DNA of 64,000 nt from Phycisphaerae bacterium (GTDB lineage Bacteria > Planctomycetota > Phycisphaerae > Phycisphaerales > UBA1924), in the NCBI GenBank assembly GCA_030429705.1, contig JAUIES010000002.1:1-64000 (forward strand), written 5' to 3'. Both the position numbers and the translations under genes were made by a program. The notes below the pieces were generated by a model that saw only the letters and a list, made by a program, of their open reading frames with translations, ran no database searches and was not told the DNA's origin. Below, piece after piece: positions 27,183 through 38,341 of this stretch (positions are counted from its first letter, which is position 1; each line of letters opens with the position of its first letter).

Positions 27183-29549
27183 ATGTCGCAGATTACGAGA
27201 ATTGCTTTGGCTGCGATTTTGAGCCTGGTTCCGACGACAGCCTTGGCGGGCTCACTCGATCGAGAACGCCTCGTCATTCATGTCTCACCCGATGGCGTAT
27301 CAACGAATGACGGCTCTGAAGATGCTCCAGTTCCGTTCCGAAACGCTATTGAACGCATCACCGAGTTGTGTCGACTTGATCAGCACGAAGGCCGTGAAGT
27401 GCTCGTTCTCCTGCATGGTGGGCGATATACCTATAGCGAGTCTTTCGACATCGGTCCTGATGTGGCGGGTTCTGCTGAACACCCCATTCGTATTGCTGCG
27501 AAAACGGGCGACAAAGTCATTTTCGATGGTGGCGTTCGCATTGCGCCGGATGGATTTGCGCCAGTCACTGATTCGCTTGAACGAGGCAGTCTCGCGGCTT
27601 CCGCCCGTGAGTTTATCGTCGCCAAGACCTTGACAGACCCGTTGTTGATCGAACGCTTTCGATCCAAGGTCATGTTGACGCTGACATTTGACGATGGCAT
27701 TCATCGGCCATCGGTGTTCCCAAATGAGGGTTACGCGTTCTTCGATCTACAGTACAAAACAGCAGAAGCCAGCCCCCCTGGTGTGCCCGACGACAGGACC
27801 GGGTATGGCGTGCGCGCCGGGCACGAACCATTTCGAGAAACAGGGAAGCCCATGGGTTGGCTCGGCACGAGAGACGAACCGCGCGGCGCTCATGCCGGGT
27901 TTGCCGAGAGTGAGCCGTTGATGGCGGGCACCTGGGAGCAGTGGACGCGCGAACTCAATCGCGATGCGAGTCGAACCAGGTTGATCGGCTTCATCGATGC
28001 CAATTGGCTGCAGAAAACGCATGAAATCGTCGGCGCAGATGCGGAGAACAGAACGATTCACTTGGCGAGCGTACTTGCGTATGGCTGGAACTGGAAGAAC
28101 CGTCGTCGTGACAAGCCGTTCAAGGTTTTCGGTTTGCTTTGTGAACTCGATCAGCCCGGCGAATGGCATTTTGACACCACGACCAATCGTTTATACCTGT
28201 ACATGTTGGAGTCATTGACCGAACACACGCAGATCGGTCTCCCTTACGCTGATGGGTTTCTCAAGTTTGATGGGTGTTCATTTGTCGAAGTCGAGAACAT
28301 CCATGTCGTCAATGTTGGCAAAGGTACCGCGTTCGACTTCCGCGGCGGAACGGGCAATCGTTTGCTCGGCTGCAGCGTGCGCAACAGCACCGCAACCGGA
28401 GCCGAGATTCGTGGTACCGGGAACGGGCTCATCGGGTGTGACCTTGTCGATCTTGACCGACACATCGTTCTGCGTGGTGGCACACGATCGGCGACCGAGT
28501 TGAACCCCGGCGACAACCTCGTCGAGAACTGTCATCTCTACCAGAAGCACTATGGGCACCAACGCGTCAATATCAGTGTGTCTGGCGTTGGCAATAGGCT
28601 GCGTCACAATCTGATTCACAACTCCCTCGGCCAGTCGGTGACGGTTTCGGGTAATGATCATGTAGTTGAGTACAACGAACTGTTCAATATCGGCTACGAA
28701 GAAGGTGACGGGGGGGCGATCTATGCCGGAGCCGATCTCGCTGGCTATGGCACGACCTATCGGTACAACTTCTTCCACCACCTCATGCATGTGCCCGGCA
28801 AAGTAGAACGGTCCGGGATTCATCTCGACGACCTGCAGGCGGGTTCGACCTGCATTGGCAATGTCTTTTACAAGTCCGCGTCCAAGGCGATTTTCATGAA
28901 CGGCGGCGCCGGGCACACGCTCATCGACAATGTGTGTCTTGAAGGGTTCCGCGGCATCTTTAACGATGCTGGTGGAGCAGCAAAGAACCACGCACGACAA
29001 ATGAGTATCCTGCAAGGGGGTGAAGACGACGCGCGATGGAAACTCAAAGAGAACTATGTCGGGCGCGTTGAACAGTCGATCGGAAGTGCGGCCTGGAACA
29101 CGCCGCTGTGGGCGGACAGGTACCCGTTGTTTGCCGAGGTCATGAACGATTCGGGGGAGTTTGGCAGAATGTGGCCGATCCGCTGTACAGCCATCGGCAA
29201 TGCTTACTACGGCAATACCAACGCAAATCGAACATGGTGGAATCGAACACCCGCCGAGGCGATGGCCAAGAACGACATCCGAGATGATCGGCAGGTCACA
29301 CCTGACGACTTCGTCGATTACGATGCACTCGATCTGCGATTCAAGTCGCCTGGCCCGAACCTGCCCAAGATCCAGTTCGAACGCGCCGGGTTGTACACCG
29401 ACGAATACCGGCCACGCATGCCGAGCAAGTTGCACTATCGCCGTGCTGTCAAGGCGTATTTTGACGGCATCCCAAGTCACCCCGGCACAGCCAAGCACTT
29501 TGATTCGGCGGCTGCGGTCGAGTCAGCACCAATGGTGGTGGGGGATTGA
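27183..29549 (+). CDS. secreted right-handed parallel beta-helix repeat protein
   Basis: Signal peptide MSQITRIALAAILSLVPTTALA. Repeated NxxxxN/GxG beta-helix-like rungs. Confidence 0.7.
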   Translation: MSQITRIALAAILSLVPTTALAGSLDRERLVIHVSPDGVSTNDGSEDAPVPFRNAIERITELCRLDQHEGREVLVLLHGGRYTYSESFDIGPDVAGSAEHPIRIAAKTGDKVIFDGGVRIAPDGFAPVTDSLERGSLAASAREFIVAKTLTDPLLIERFRSKVMLTLTFDDGIHRPSVFPNEGYAFFDLQYKTAEASPPGVPDDRTGYGVRAGHEPFRETGKPMGWLGTRDEPRGAHAGFAESEPLMAGTWEQWTRELNRDASRTRLIGFIDANWLQKTHEIVGADAENRTIHLASVLAYGWNWKNRRRDKPFKVFGLLCELDQPGEWHFDTTTNRLYLYMLESLTEHTQIGLPYADGFLKFDGCSFVEVENIHVVNVGKGTAFDFRGGTGNRLLGCSVRNSTATGAEIRGTGNGLIGCDLVDLDRHIVLRGGTRSATELNPGDNLVENCHLYQKHYGHQRVNISVSGVGNRLRHNLIHNSLGQSVTVSGNDHVVEYNELFNIGYEEGDGGAIYAGADLAGYGTTYRYNFFHHLMHVPGKVERSGIHLDDLQAGSTCIGNVFYKSASKAIFMNGGAGHTLIDNVCLEGFRGIFNDAGGAAKNHARQMSILQGGEDDARWKLKENYVGRVEQSIGSAAWNTPLWADRYPLFAEVMNDSGEFGRMWPIRCTAIGNAYYGNTNANRTWWNRTPAEAMAKNDIRDDRQVTPDDFVDYDALDLRFKSPGPNLPKIQFERAGLYTDEYRPRMPSKLHYRRAVKAYFDGIPSHPGTAKHFDSAAAVESAPMVVGD

Positions 29550-29646
29550 AGCAGCGGCTGCGAATCTTCCATGAAAGAAGACGGCATCGAAACAGGTCGT
29601 TTATGACTTAGGCCGAACTCTCGGTCTGCGACTCAAGGCTAAAGGA

Positions 29647-32328
29647 CTACGGCTGACTTCTTTGACGCCACAAGCCAGCGGAATCCTGGTTGTCGAGTTG
29701 TTCTTGCACTTCGACGAGGAGTTGTGCGATTTCGATGGACTGACTCCCGGATTGACCGTTGAGTTCAACCGACAGCTCGTATGCAGTCTCTAATACGATG
29801 CGTGCTTCTTGGAAGCGACCGTTGAGAACGAGTGCTCGACCGAGGAGGAAGCGTGAGTTGGCTGATCGCTCGGGTTGCGGCGGTGAAGCGCTTTCCGCTC
29901 TCTCCACGAGCGCCCGAGCTGCCGTTTCAGCTTCGGCAAGTTGGCCGGTGAGCAGCAGCGCTTCGAAGTTGTTTCGCAAGAGCGCAAAGAGTAACGGGTG
30001 ATCGGCTGGAAAGTTCCGTTCACATTCAGCAATTGCGGGAGGCAGTCGTTCGAGTGCAGATTGTCCATTCTCGAGGAGCAATTCAACTTCCGCCAGATTG
30101 TTCGTGAGTATGAGTGTTCGAATGTCTTTCGGGCCGAGTGCTCTATTGCTCGCTTCCAGAGCTTCTCGCAGCATACTTTCAGCCTCATCATAGCGATTGG
30201 CTTCTTTATAGGTTGAGGCCAAATTGTTGAGTGAAATCAGGAGACTGGGGTGATTGACCGGCAGTATCCGTCGTTTGGTCAACAATATCGTTTCAAGTAA
30301 CTCGATCGACTCCGTGATTCGACCTTGCTTGCCATAAATGTCCGCGAGATTGTTGCGTGTCGCAAGCAGGTGGGGGTGATCTTCGCCTAGCGCGCTAATT
30401 TGAAATGCAATGACTTCGTTCAAATGGACGGCAGCGGCATCGTGTTCACCCAGATTACTCAAGACGGTGCCGAGACTGTTTCGAACTGACATCGTTTGCG
30501 GATGGTCGCTGCCGTGTGTGGCTATGAAACGAGGCAGCAGGTTTGCAAAGACGGCTCGAGCATTTGAGTAGTTTCCTTCAAGCCGATCAATCATGCCCAA
30601 GACGAACTCGGTGCCGAGAGTGTCTTCACCCTCGGTTCCCTGAAGAGCGGTGAATCCGTTTCGCGCGGTGTCTAACTCCGACCGTGCTTCGGCGTAACGG
30701 GAGAGTTCAATCAATGACTCTGCAAGACTGCTTCGCAATTCGAGCGTTCGCGCATGCTCGGTACCATGCAGGGACTGAGACAGATCAAGTGCAATGCGGA
30801 ACTGACGCTCAGCCTCGTCAAACGCAGTGATACTCTGCATGCCTCGGCCGAGCATGGCTCGAATGTCAACAGCCGCTTCGAGTGACGATGGCGGGGTTTT
30901 GTCGATCCGTTCTGCTGACTCTTTTAAGACCTGGAGCAACAGTTTGGTGTCTTCGCCGCGTGCGACCGCTGGGTCGATGCCATCAAGAATCGTTGATGAA
31001 AACGCAGCCAACTCACGGGCACGATCAAGTTGAATCTCGGTCGCCTTGTTTTGCTTGATTGCGGTGATGCCAAAAGCGACGCTGAGAACGACAAACGCGA
31101 TAAGCGCCAGGGAACCTACAGCGACAGCGGTCATTTCGCCGCGATGTCGTCGAGCAAACTTGTTGAATCGATACAGACCGCTCGGTGGTCCGGCTTCGAG
31201 TGGTTCATTCCGAAGAAATCGCCGTACATCGACAGCCAGCGCCCGGGCGGATTGATAACGGCGATCCGGGTCCTTTTCCATAGCTCGAAGAACAACCCAA
31301 TCCAACTCGCCTCTGAGGTGTCCAGCGATCTGGCGGGCTGTGTGCTCATCGAGAACTTTCGCATCAAGAACACGCGTCGAGGGGCGAGCCGGCTCCTCTT
31401 CACAAATGATTCGGGCCAGTGAAGCAAGCCCAACACCAGCGAGACGCTCCCGATCAAACGGTGTTGTTCGTGTCAATAGTTCGTACAGTAACACGCCGAG
31501 CGAGTACACATCTGATCGCGTGTCGAGTTCGTTAAACTCTGATCCTGCGATCTGTTCGGGCGACATGTACGATGGTGTCCCGACAATCTGCCCGGCCATA
31601 GTGACCATGTCGAGCGTAGCCTCGGTATGGACCTCCACAGCCTTGGCGATTCCAAAGTCGATCACGCGAACTTCCGCGGTGCCGTCAATGTCCATCACGA
31701 GAATATTGGAGGGCTTGAGATCACGGTGTATCACGCCCTTGTGGTGAGCATGCTGCACCGCAAGGCAGACTTTTTCGAAGAGCTCCAGTCTGTCCTCTAA
31801 TGCAAGATCCTCCGCATCAAACCATTGCGTAATGGGTTTGCCAGGCACATACTCCATCACAAAATACGGCCTCCCATCTTCCGTTCGGCCGGCGTCAAAA
31901 ATGCGCGCAATGTTCGGATGGTCCATCCGGGCGAGTACCTGGCGTTCAGTCTCCATGCGCGCGTCGCTCGTCGGTGAGTGCATGTCTGATTTGATAATTT
32001 TGACAGCGACCGTTCGCCTAACAGGGCTTGATTGCTCAGCAAGATATACAACTCCGAAACCGCCCTCGCCGAGAACTGACTTGAGCGTGTAGGGACCAAT
32101 GGAGGTGCCCAGGTCATTGAGATTCGCGACTTCTGGCGCCGGCTCATCTTGAGCAAGTGTTGGAGCCCCCATAAACGCCTCTGCCTGGTCGTGCGCTTTC
32201 AGCAGCCGGGTCACGCGTTCGAGCAGATCTGCGTCTTGGTTACAACGTCGCTCGACAAATGCGGCTCGTTCTGCCCATTCACACTCAAGGGCGTCAGCAA
32301 AGATATCTCGAGCGCGTTCATCCCTCAT
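29647..32328 (-). CDS. Ser/Thr protein kinase with TM segment and C-terminal TPR repeats
   Basis: Kinase subdomains (LGEGGFGVVYLA, VAVKIIK, HRDLKPSNILV, DFGIA). One TM helix. About 450 aa of TPR repeats. Confidence 0.9.
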   Translation of the reverse strand: MRDERARDIFADALECEWAERAAFVERRCNQDADLLERVTRLLKAHDQAEAFMGAPTLAQDEPAPEVANLNDLGTSIGPYTLKSVLGEGGFGVVYLAEQSSPVRRTVAVKIIKSDMHSPTSDARMETERQVLARMDHPNIARIFDAGRTEDGRPYFVMEYVPGKPITQWFDAEDLALEDRLELFEKVCLAVQHAHHKGVIHRDLKPSNILVMDIDGTAEVRVIDFGIAKAVEVHTEATLDMVTMAGQIVGTPSYMSPEQIAGSEFNELDTRSDVYSLGVLLYELLTRTTPFDRERLAGVGLASLARIICEEEPARPSTRVLDAKVLDEHTARQIAGHLRGELDWVVLRAMEKDPDRRYQSARALAVDVRRFLRNEPLEAGPPSGLYRFNKFARRHRGEMTAVAVGSLALIAFVVLSVAFGITAIKQNKATEIQLDRARELAAFSSTILDGIDPAVARGEDTKLLLQVLKESAERIDKTPPSSLEAAVDIRAMLGRGMQSITAFDEAERQFRIALDLSQSLHGTEHARTLELRSSLAESLIELSRYAEARSELDTARNGFTALQGTEGEDTLGTEFVLGMIDRLEGNYSNARAVFANLLPRFIATHGSDHPQTMSVRNSLGTVLSNLGEHDAAAVHLNEVIAFQISALGEDHPHLLATRNNLADIYGKQGRITESIELLETILLTKRRILPVNHPSLLISLNNLASTYKEANRYDEAESMLREALEASNRALGPKDIRTLILTNNLAEVELLLENGQSALERLPPAIAECERNFPADHPLLFALLRNNFEALLLTGQLAEAETAARALVERAESASPPQPERSANSRFLLGRALVLNGRFQEARIVLETAYELSVELNGQSGSQSIEIAQLLVEVQEQLDNQDSAGLWRQRSQP

Positions 32329-32926
32329 GGTCGCATTCCTGGCGAGCCTTGGGTTCGACTGTTTCGCCAGCGATGCTGTCAAAGAGAACCGCCCGGGCGT
32401 AGGACCAGTCTCGCATCACTGTGCGCTCTGAAAGTTCGAGAATACGAGCTGTTTCGGCAACATCAAGCCCTGCAAAAAAGCGGAGGCGCACGACACTGGC
32501 GGCTCGTGGGTCGGATACTTCCAGTGCTGTCATTGCTTCATCGAGTGCGAGCACCTGCGTCGGGTCTGTATCTTCCGCAAGGTCCACAACGCTCAGAGGA
32601 ACTCGGCCCAGATCTCCGCCACGCTTTTCCGATTGCCGCTTTCGTGCATGATCAATGAGGATTCGCCGCATCGCCTGGGCGGCGGCTCCGTAAAAATGCC
32701 GTCGGCTCTCCCAACTGACCTCTTCATGGCCGATTAGTTTGATAAATGCTTCGTGAACGAGTCCGGTCGCGTCCAGTGTGTGCCCGGCTCGCTCATGGTT
32801 CATCCGCTCTTGAGCAATGCGCCGCAACTGGTCATACACAAGCGAAAGCACCACCTCTTGGGCTTCCTCTTGCTTGCCTACTTGATGGAGCAGTACGGTG
32901 AGTTCTGGTTGGTCGTCGGCTGTCAC
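32318..32926 (-). CDS. ECF sigma factor of the kinase-associated type
   Basis: GTG start with SD GGAGG. N-terminus DQPELTVLLHQVGKQEEAQEVVLSLVYDQLRRIAQ. Regions 2 and 4. Overlaps the kinase start. Confidence 0.8.
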   Translation of the reverse strand: MTADDQPELTVLLHQVGKQEEAQEVVLSLVYDQLRRIAQERMNHERAGHTLDATGLVHEAFIKLIGHEEVSWESRRHFYGAAAQAMRRILIDHARKRQSEKRGGDLGRVPLSVVDLAEDTDPTQVLALDEAMTALEVSDPRAASVVRLRFFAGLDVAETARILELSERTVMRDWSYARAVLFDSIAGETVEPKARQECDHEG

Positions 32927-33176
32927 TGATACCTCCTGCGTGGGAGAGTCTACCACAAAATCACGGGCCTTCGGCTCAACAGCCCGTGCTTCAAAACCGC
33001 ACAGCACGGTCGTGGGGCGGACGATTGGTGCAATTCTTAAAAAAAAACATCTCCGGCGTGTCAGGTGCACACGATCGATCGCGCCTTGAGGTGTGACCGC
33101 CCGATGTGACGGACGAGATCGTTCAACGCACACACGAAAGACGGTACACGAAACAACCGCACGAAAGGACACCACC

Positions 33177-34262
33177 ATGTGCACGCTTTGCTCACTGAAC
33201 ACGACGCAGCCCACCGATTTCGCCGGCCGCATGGTCGAAATGCTTAACCACGCCGCGATCATCCAGATGATCTCGCTCGGGCACCGCACCGGCCTGTTTG
33301 ATGGCATGATCGGGTTTCCGCCGTCAACCAGCCAGGAAATAGCCGACTCACTCGGCTTGGAAGAGCGCTATGTCCGAGAGTGGCTCGGCGCGATGGTCAC
33401 CGGACACATCGTTGACCACGACCCCGAAGCCGGAACTTTCTGGCTGCCGCAGGATCACGCCGACCTGCTCACCCGGATGTCCGACCACAATATGGCGGTG
33501 GTCGCTCAGTTCATGCCAGTCCTCGCCAGCGTCGAGACCGACATCGTCGAGTGCTTCAAGGAGGGAGGGGGTGTGCCGTATGCTCGGTACCCCAGATTTC
33601 ACGAGGTCATGGCCGAACTGAGCGGCATGACCATCGTCTCGCCCCTGATCGACCATGTGCTGCCAGTTTCACCCGGTCTGGTCGAGCAACTGGACGAAGG
33701 CATCGATGTGCTCGATGTCGGATGCGGCCGAGGTATGGCGCTCGTCAAGATGGCGGAGCGATTCCCGAACAGCAGGTTTGTCGGATTTGATCTGTCCGAA
33801 GAGGCTGTGGCCTTTGCCCGCGAATGCGCTATCAAGCATGGGCTCAACAACATTCGGTTCGAGGTGCGTGACCTGACGACCTTCCATGAGCCGGATTCGT
33901 ACGATTTGGTCACCGCGTTCGACTCGATTCACGATCAGGCCGATCCGGCCAGCGTCTTGTCGGGCATCGCCGCGTCACTTCGACAGGGCGGTCAGTTCTT
34001 CATGCAGGACATCGGCGGCGCGAGTGACATCGCGGGCAATATGGAAGTGCCGTTGTCGCCGTTCATGTACACCGTATCGTGTATGCATTGCATGACTGTG
34101 TCATTGGCGCAGGGCGGCGTCGGACTTGGAGCAAAGTGGGGTGAGCAACTCGCCTGCACCATGCTCGAAGACGCCGGATTTGATGATGTTGCGGTCTGCC
34201 GTCTCGAGCACGATGTGTTGAATGCGTACTACATCGCTCGAACCGAAAATACTGCAGCGTAA
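33177..34262 (+). CDS. class I SAM-dependent methyltransferase (O-methyltransferase-like with N-terminal dimerisation/HTH domain)
   Basis: SAM motif DVGCGRGMALVKMAERFP...VGFDLSEEAVAFAR. Confidence 0.75.
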   Translation: MCTLCSLNTTQPTDFAGRMVEMLNHAAIIQMISLGHRTGLFDGMIGFPPSTSQEIADSLGLEERYVREWLGAMVTGHIVDHDPEAGTFWLPQDHADLLTRMSDHNMAVVAQFMPVLASVETDIVECFKEGGGVPYARYPRFHEVMAELSGMTIVSPLIDHVLPVSPGLVEQLDEGIDVLDVGCGRGMALVKMAERFPNSRFVGFDLSEEAVAFARECAIKHGLNNIRFEVRDLTTFHEPDSYDLVTAFDSIHDQADPASVLSGIAASLRQGGQFFMQDIGGASDIAGNMEVPLSPFMYTVSCMHCMTVSLAQGGVGLGAKWGEQLACTMLEDAGFDDVAVCRLEHDVLNAYYIARTENTAA

Positions 34263-34406
34263 ACGAGCATCGTCAAGAGGCAGAGAAGAGACCAGCCGGT
34301 GCCTCTCATGCGGAGGCACCGGTCTCTGTTTCAATCAGACCGAACAAAAAGAAGAACACGCCCGGCGAACCGGGCGTGCATGGTAGTTTGTGATGTCTTG
34401 CTTTGA

Positions 34407-35120
34407 TCAGGCGGCGAGCGTGAGCCCCTCGCCGCTGCTTGATTCACCAGCGGTATTGCTGTTGCCAAAGAGGACGGCCACCGAGGCGGAGGGGGCGCTG
34501 CTGCCACCGGCTCGGCTGGCGATGACGCGATAGGTGACGGCGTCGACGCCGCGCGGGACGACGGTGTCGGTGAATGATCGTTCTTCGCTGGTGCCGATGA
34601 GCGTCCACGGGCCGGTGTTGCCGGTGGTCGAGCGCTCGATGGCGAACGAGGTGCCGCCGGCTCGGGTGCCGGCCCATTTGAGTGTGATCTCGCCAGCGGT
34701 GTTGAGGTTGGCCGCAAGATCGGTGGGGGTCGCGGGCGGCCCGAGGGGTGTCGGGGGGGCCGGGGCCGGGATCTCGGCGAGCACATAGACACCGGTGTCG
34801 TTGGTGGTTTCGGCGAAGGCTCTAATGGTCTTGATGAGATCACCGCCAAAGTCAGCCATGACCGAGACCGAGTCGTTCTGTGCCTGCGTAAGCGCCTTTG
34901 CGGTGCTGCGTCCTGCCTGGGCGGCGTCATAGTCAGCGCGTGCCTGGGCGACATCATTCGTCATGGTCAGGATCTGTGCCGGGGTCAAGCCGATGGCAGC
35001 GGGGTCTTTGGCCCAGACGGGCAGGTGTGTTTCAAAGAACTGGATTTTGCCGTTGATTGTTTGCGGAACAACGCCCATGCCTGAGTCCTCTCTTATGACT
35101 GAGAAAGTCTGCGGGTTCAA
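34407..35120 (-). CDS. fibronectin type III domain protein
   Basis: C-terminal Fn3-like segment (PTDLAANLNTAGEITLKWAGTRAGGTSFAIERSTTGNTGPWTLIG...VTYRV). Confidence 0.5.
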   Translation of the reverse strand: MNPQTFSVIREDSGMGVVPQTINGKIQFFETHLPVWAKDPAAIGLTPAQILTMTNDVAQARADYDAAQAGRSTAKALTQAQNDSVSVMADFGGDLIKTIRAFAETTNDTGVYVLAEIPAPAPPTPLGPPATPTDLAANLNTAGEITLKWAGTRAGGTSFAIERSTTGNTGPWTLIGTSEERSFTDTVVPRGVDAVTYRVIASRAGGSSAPSASVAVLFGNSNTAGESSSGEGLTLAA

Positions 35121-35370
35121 GTCATGCAGCCACCCATCGCGGCCACTTGGTGCAGTGATCGTCGGGCCAGATGGCGGACTTGAGCAGAAGAGAGAGAAAA
35201 AACAGAAAAAGCACGAATGTCAAAGTTCAAGGTGTGGGCGTGCCACTGATGTCGTCTTCGACATCGGCGTCGTGATCCCTGATTGAGGTGATGAGGTGAA
35301 TGTATTTGGATTGACGATGTTAGGGCAGAAACGATTAGCCGCTGTCATTTGATGCCACCGTGTCGATGAC

Positions 35371-35408
35371 ACATGAAAACACCCTCGGTCAGATTATCTG
35401 ACTGAGGG
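35371..35408 (-). terminator. rho-independent terminator of the 597-aa gene
   Basis: 12-bp near-perfect hairpin CCCTCGGTCAGA/TCTGACTGAGGG followed on the minus strand by TGTTTTCAT. Confidence 0.55.
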
Positions 35409-35472
35409 TATTGACTTGCTGAATATGATGTTCGATGGGATCTTCGGTGAAGCCCTCCACAGGGTTTGATTT

Positions 35473-37266
35473 CTACTCTTGTCCGTTGGCAACGGCGGTG
35501 ATCAGAGCCGCCAAATCGAGGGCATCGGCATCGAGGTCATCATCGAGATCAACAGGAGCCGCGATCCAAGTCGCGATATCACCGGTTTCGAGGGCAAAGT
35601 TTTCGTTCAGATCGAACATGCCGAAACCGCCGAAGACCTTGAAACCGTAGCCGTCGGTGTCGTTCATACCGGTGCATGAGTCTGTCCCAACCCAATCGGA
35701 TACATAGACGACATCGGGGTTACCAGTGACATCGTCACACACCAAGTCTGCAGGGATAATCTGATAAACACTATCTGTTGCGAATGAGTCTGTATCGTTG
35801 GTGATGGTCACGACTCGTCCACTCACTGAGTAATCGAAACCACTCGTCACTTCTGTCCAGACGGCTGTTTCGCAGACTTCGACATTCTTGTGTTGGCCAT
35901 ACATTGAATCGATATAGATAGACGCCTCATAGACTCTCACCGGAGGTGTGCTCGAGGTATTTCCATCCCCGTCCTTGACAGGTCCGTAGTGGTGAATTTC
36001 GACACTTGTTGGCGCACCACTGGAGTAGGTTGAGCCGTGGTCCGGGGCGCAGTCCTTCGGATGGAAGTTGAACGGCACGAGACCGATCGCCCCGCCGCCG
36101 AGGGTGGAACTGAGAACACCGTAGTAGGGCGATTCGTTGTCCCCAGATTCACCCGGACCAAGCGTTGTTGAACCAACAGTAACTTCGCCAAGCCACTCAC
36201 TGTCATCATCGTTCAAGTTCACATAAATATGTGTTACAAGCCCGCTTGCCTCCAGTGAGATGTCACCGTCAAGATCACCTCCGATTTCAATCCGTCCATC
36301 CCAATTTCCGGAAGTATCGGTCAATGAGCCATCGCAATCGATTTCGCCAAGAAAATCACCGCCGATGATGATTGGAATATGAATGTCATCAGAAAGTGTG
36401 ACATCAACTGAAAAATCACCGGTACAAGAAATTTCTTCATCGAGCGAGCTCATGGTTGGAACATGCAGTTTGCCAGCTCGAATGCGACCGTCGAGTACAC
36501 CATCATTTGCAACAACTCGAAGTAGGTTGCCGCCAGACACGCCCGGATTACTTCCAACATCAATATCGGCATATATAGATCCATCGGCTTCAATAGTTTG
36601 AATATTATTATCCGCCCAGATCGTGACAGTTGATGATGCTGAGCCAATGTTGCCGGCGGTACTCTGAATCTCAAGTATCTGCCCGCCCGCATCGCTGCAC
36701 AAGATAGAGCCGAAAATGTCACCGCCGGATCTGATCGTACCAATCTGAGGAGATAACGCTCCTGATCCGCCACTGACGGAAGTAGTTATTGTTGCATCCA
36801 AATTACCGCTGCATGACAACTCAGAAATCTTGTCAACTTTGAACAAATCAATGCCGTAACCTCCGATTTGACCTGCGCCTGTCAAAACAAGTTGAACATC
36901 GGCAGTGCTTGAACTAGTTCTGATAACACTCTCAACAGCAGGAAATGTTGCTCCACTTTGTCTTGAGATTCCAATTTGAATAAACTTTGGTGTACCTGAA
37001 GATCCATTTCGAGCCGTGATCGTGCAATACCGAATCGAGTCGTTATTAGTCGACTGAAGATTGATTGTTCCAAATGATGACCCTGACGCAACTGTCGCGT
37101 CGATCGTTATATCCCACACGGTTCCCGGCAGACTGGTTCCAAAGACTTGCGTTCGAGTGATTGTGGGAAACAAAACAAGTCCGCTGTGGGTGACAGACCA
37201 ATTCGCATGAACACATTCAGTAAAAATTGATACGATCAAGAACACGAGATAATATAGTTTGTTCAT
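35473..37266 (-). CDS. secreted hypothetical protein with acidic C-terminal tail, in a lower-GC islet
   Basis: AT-rich codon usage. Signal peptide MNKLYYLVFLIVSIFTECVHA. G/S/T-rich. No family recognised. Confidence 0.6.
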   Translation of the reverse strand: MNKLYYLVFLIVSIFTECVHANWSVTHSGLVLFPTITRTQVFGTSLPGTVWDITIDATVASGSSFGTINLQSTNNDSIRYCTITARNGSSGTPKFIQIGISRQSGATFPAVESVIRTSSSTADVQLVLTGAGQIGGYGIDLFKVDKISELSCSGNLDATITTSVSGGSGALSPQIGTIRSGGDIFGSILCSDAGGQILEIQSTAGNIGSASSTVTIWADNNIQTIEADGSIYADIDVGSNPGVSGGNLLRVVANDGVLDGRIRAGKLHVPTMSSLDEEISCTGDFSVDVTLSDDIHIPIIIGGDFLGEIDCDGSLTDTSGNWDGRIEIGGDLDGDISLEASGLVTHIYVNLNDDDSEWLGEVTVGSTTLGPGESGDNESPYYGVLSSTLGGGAIGLVPFNFHPKDCAPDHGSTYSSGAPTSVEIHHYGPVKDGDGNTSSTPPVRVYEASIYIDSMYGQHKNVEVCETAVWTEVTSGFDYSVSGRVVTITNDTDSFATDSVYQIIPADLVCDDVTGNPDVVYVSDWVGTDSCTGMNDTDGYGFKVFGGFGMFDLNENFALETGDIATWIAAPVDLDDDLDADALDLAALITAVANGQE

Positions 37267-38267
37267 CGTGTTTTCCTCAGTAACAGAGATAGGCCACCGA
37301 TCGCGAGACTACTAGACCACGGTGCTGGTATAACTCCGGCTACACGAAAACCGTAATACCCTTCGGGAAAAGCTATCGACCATTGTTCGATCAGATCGCG
37401 TACTTGAAATCCATTCCCCTCTCCGAATTCTGACCCATCGATAAACCTGTACATTCTGTCAAACGCCGTTTCGGTCCATTCTCGCGCACCTCCGGACCCG
37501 TCGAGCAGCCCCCAGGGCGATTGCACATCGGGATATGAACCAGCATCCATGAACCATCCGTCTTGACCCCATGTCAAACCGGCATTCGTTTCGCCACCTT
37601 CTTCCGGGAAACCTGAGAGCGGTTCGCTGTCACTCGAATGTGGATACCTCCAATACCCCTCCTCGCCTTGCCCGTACCGATTCGGGTCATAATGCATGCC
37701 TTTGACCCATTCATCATAAGTTGGTATCCAAAATGCCGCACCGGGCGTGTGCTCGAGCTGGTCCGTAAAAGTGGCATCAGGGTTGCGGCCAAAGGTTGAA
37801 GTGTCATATGCTCCATTCTCGAAAGCGGGCGCATCATTTGACTTTCCGTTGCTCAACCAGTTCGTGAATCGGGCTGCCATGCGCCAAGTTGTCTCAACAG
37901 GTGCCAGTGCAGCACCATCTGCCATCGAGTATTGACCAATTGAACTGTCATAAGACAGCCACCACCCAGTCATCTCAAAGGCCGTTGGAGACCCGTCATA
38001 ATGCGCCACATAGGCATTGGCAAACTCGAGCCACTGACTCGTGACCACCTCTGTACGGGTCATTCGATAATGATAGTTGACGGAACCATACTGAGCGGCA
38101 TCAGGAAACCCCGGTACTTCACTCAAGAGGGGCCGACGGTTTCCGAGTGCTCCGATCTCCGCCCAGTCAAAGCCATAGTCCGGCACCGGCCCAGCCACGG
38201 CATACGAAGTCGCAAACAAACCCAAACAAAGAAACAACGTTGAACGCATCTTGATCTCCTTGTCCAT
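37263..38267 (-). CDS. FGE-sulfatase/SUMF1-like domain protein with PEP-CTERM-like tail
   Basis: FGE-like motifs (YRMTRTEVVTSQW; FWIPTYDEWVKGMHYDP; SPWGLLDGSGG). C-terminus VIPAPWSSSLAIGGLSLLLRKTR. Confidence 0.6.
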   Translation of the reverse strand: MDKEIKMRSTLFLCLGLFATSYAVAGPVPDYGFDWAEIGALGNRRPLLSEVPGFPDAAQYGSVNYHYRMTRTEVVTSQWLEFANAYVAHYDGSPTAFEMTGWWLSYDSSIGQYSMADGAALAPVETTWRMAARFTNWLSNGKSNDAPAFENGAYDTSTFGRNPDATFTDQLEHTPGAAFWIPTYDEWVKGMHYDPNRYGQGEEGYWRYPHSSDSEPLSGFPEEGGETNAGLTWGQDGWFMDAGSYPDVQSPWGLLDGSGGAREWTETAFDRMYRFIDGSEFGEGNGFQVRDLIEQWSIAFPEGYYGFRVAGVIPAPWSSSLAIGGLSLLLRKTR

Positions 38268-38341
38268 ATGATCGGCAACACAGCTTCGGTCTCATCACAA
38301 CCCGGCGGAGTGGCACCAAAGTCTGATGGGCCTTGGTTCTC

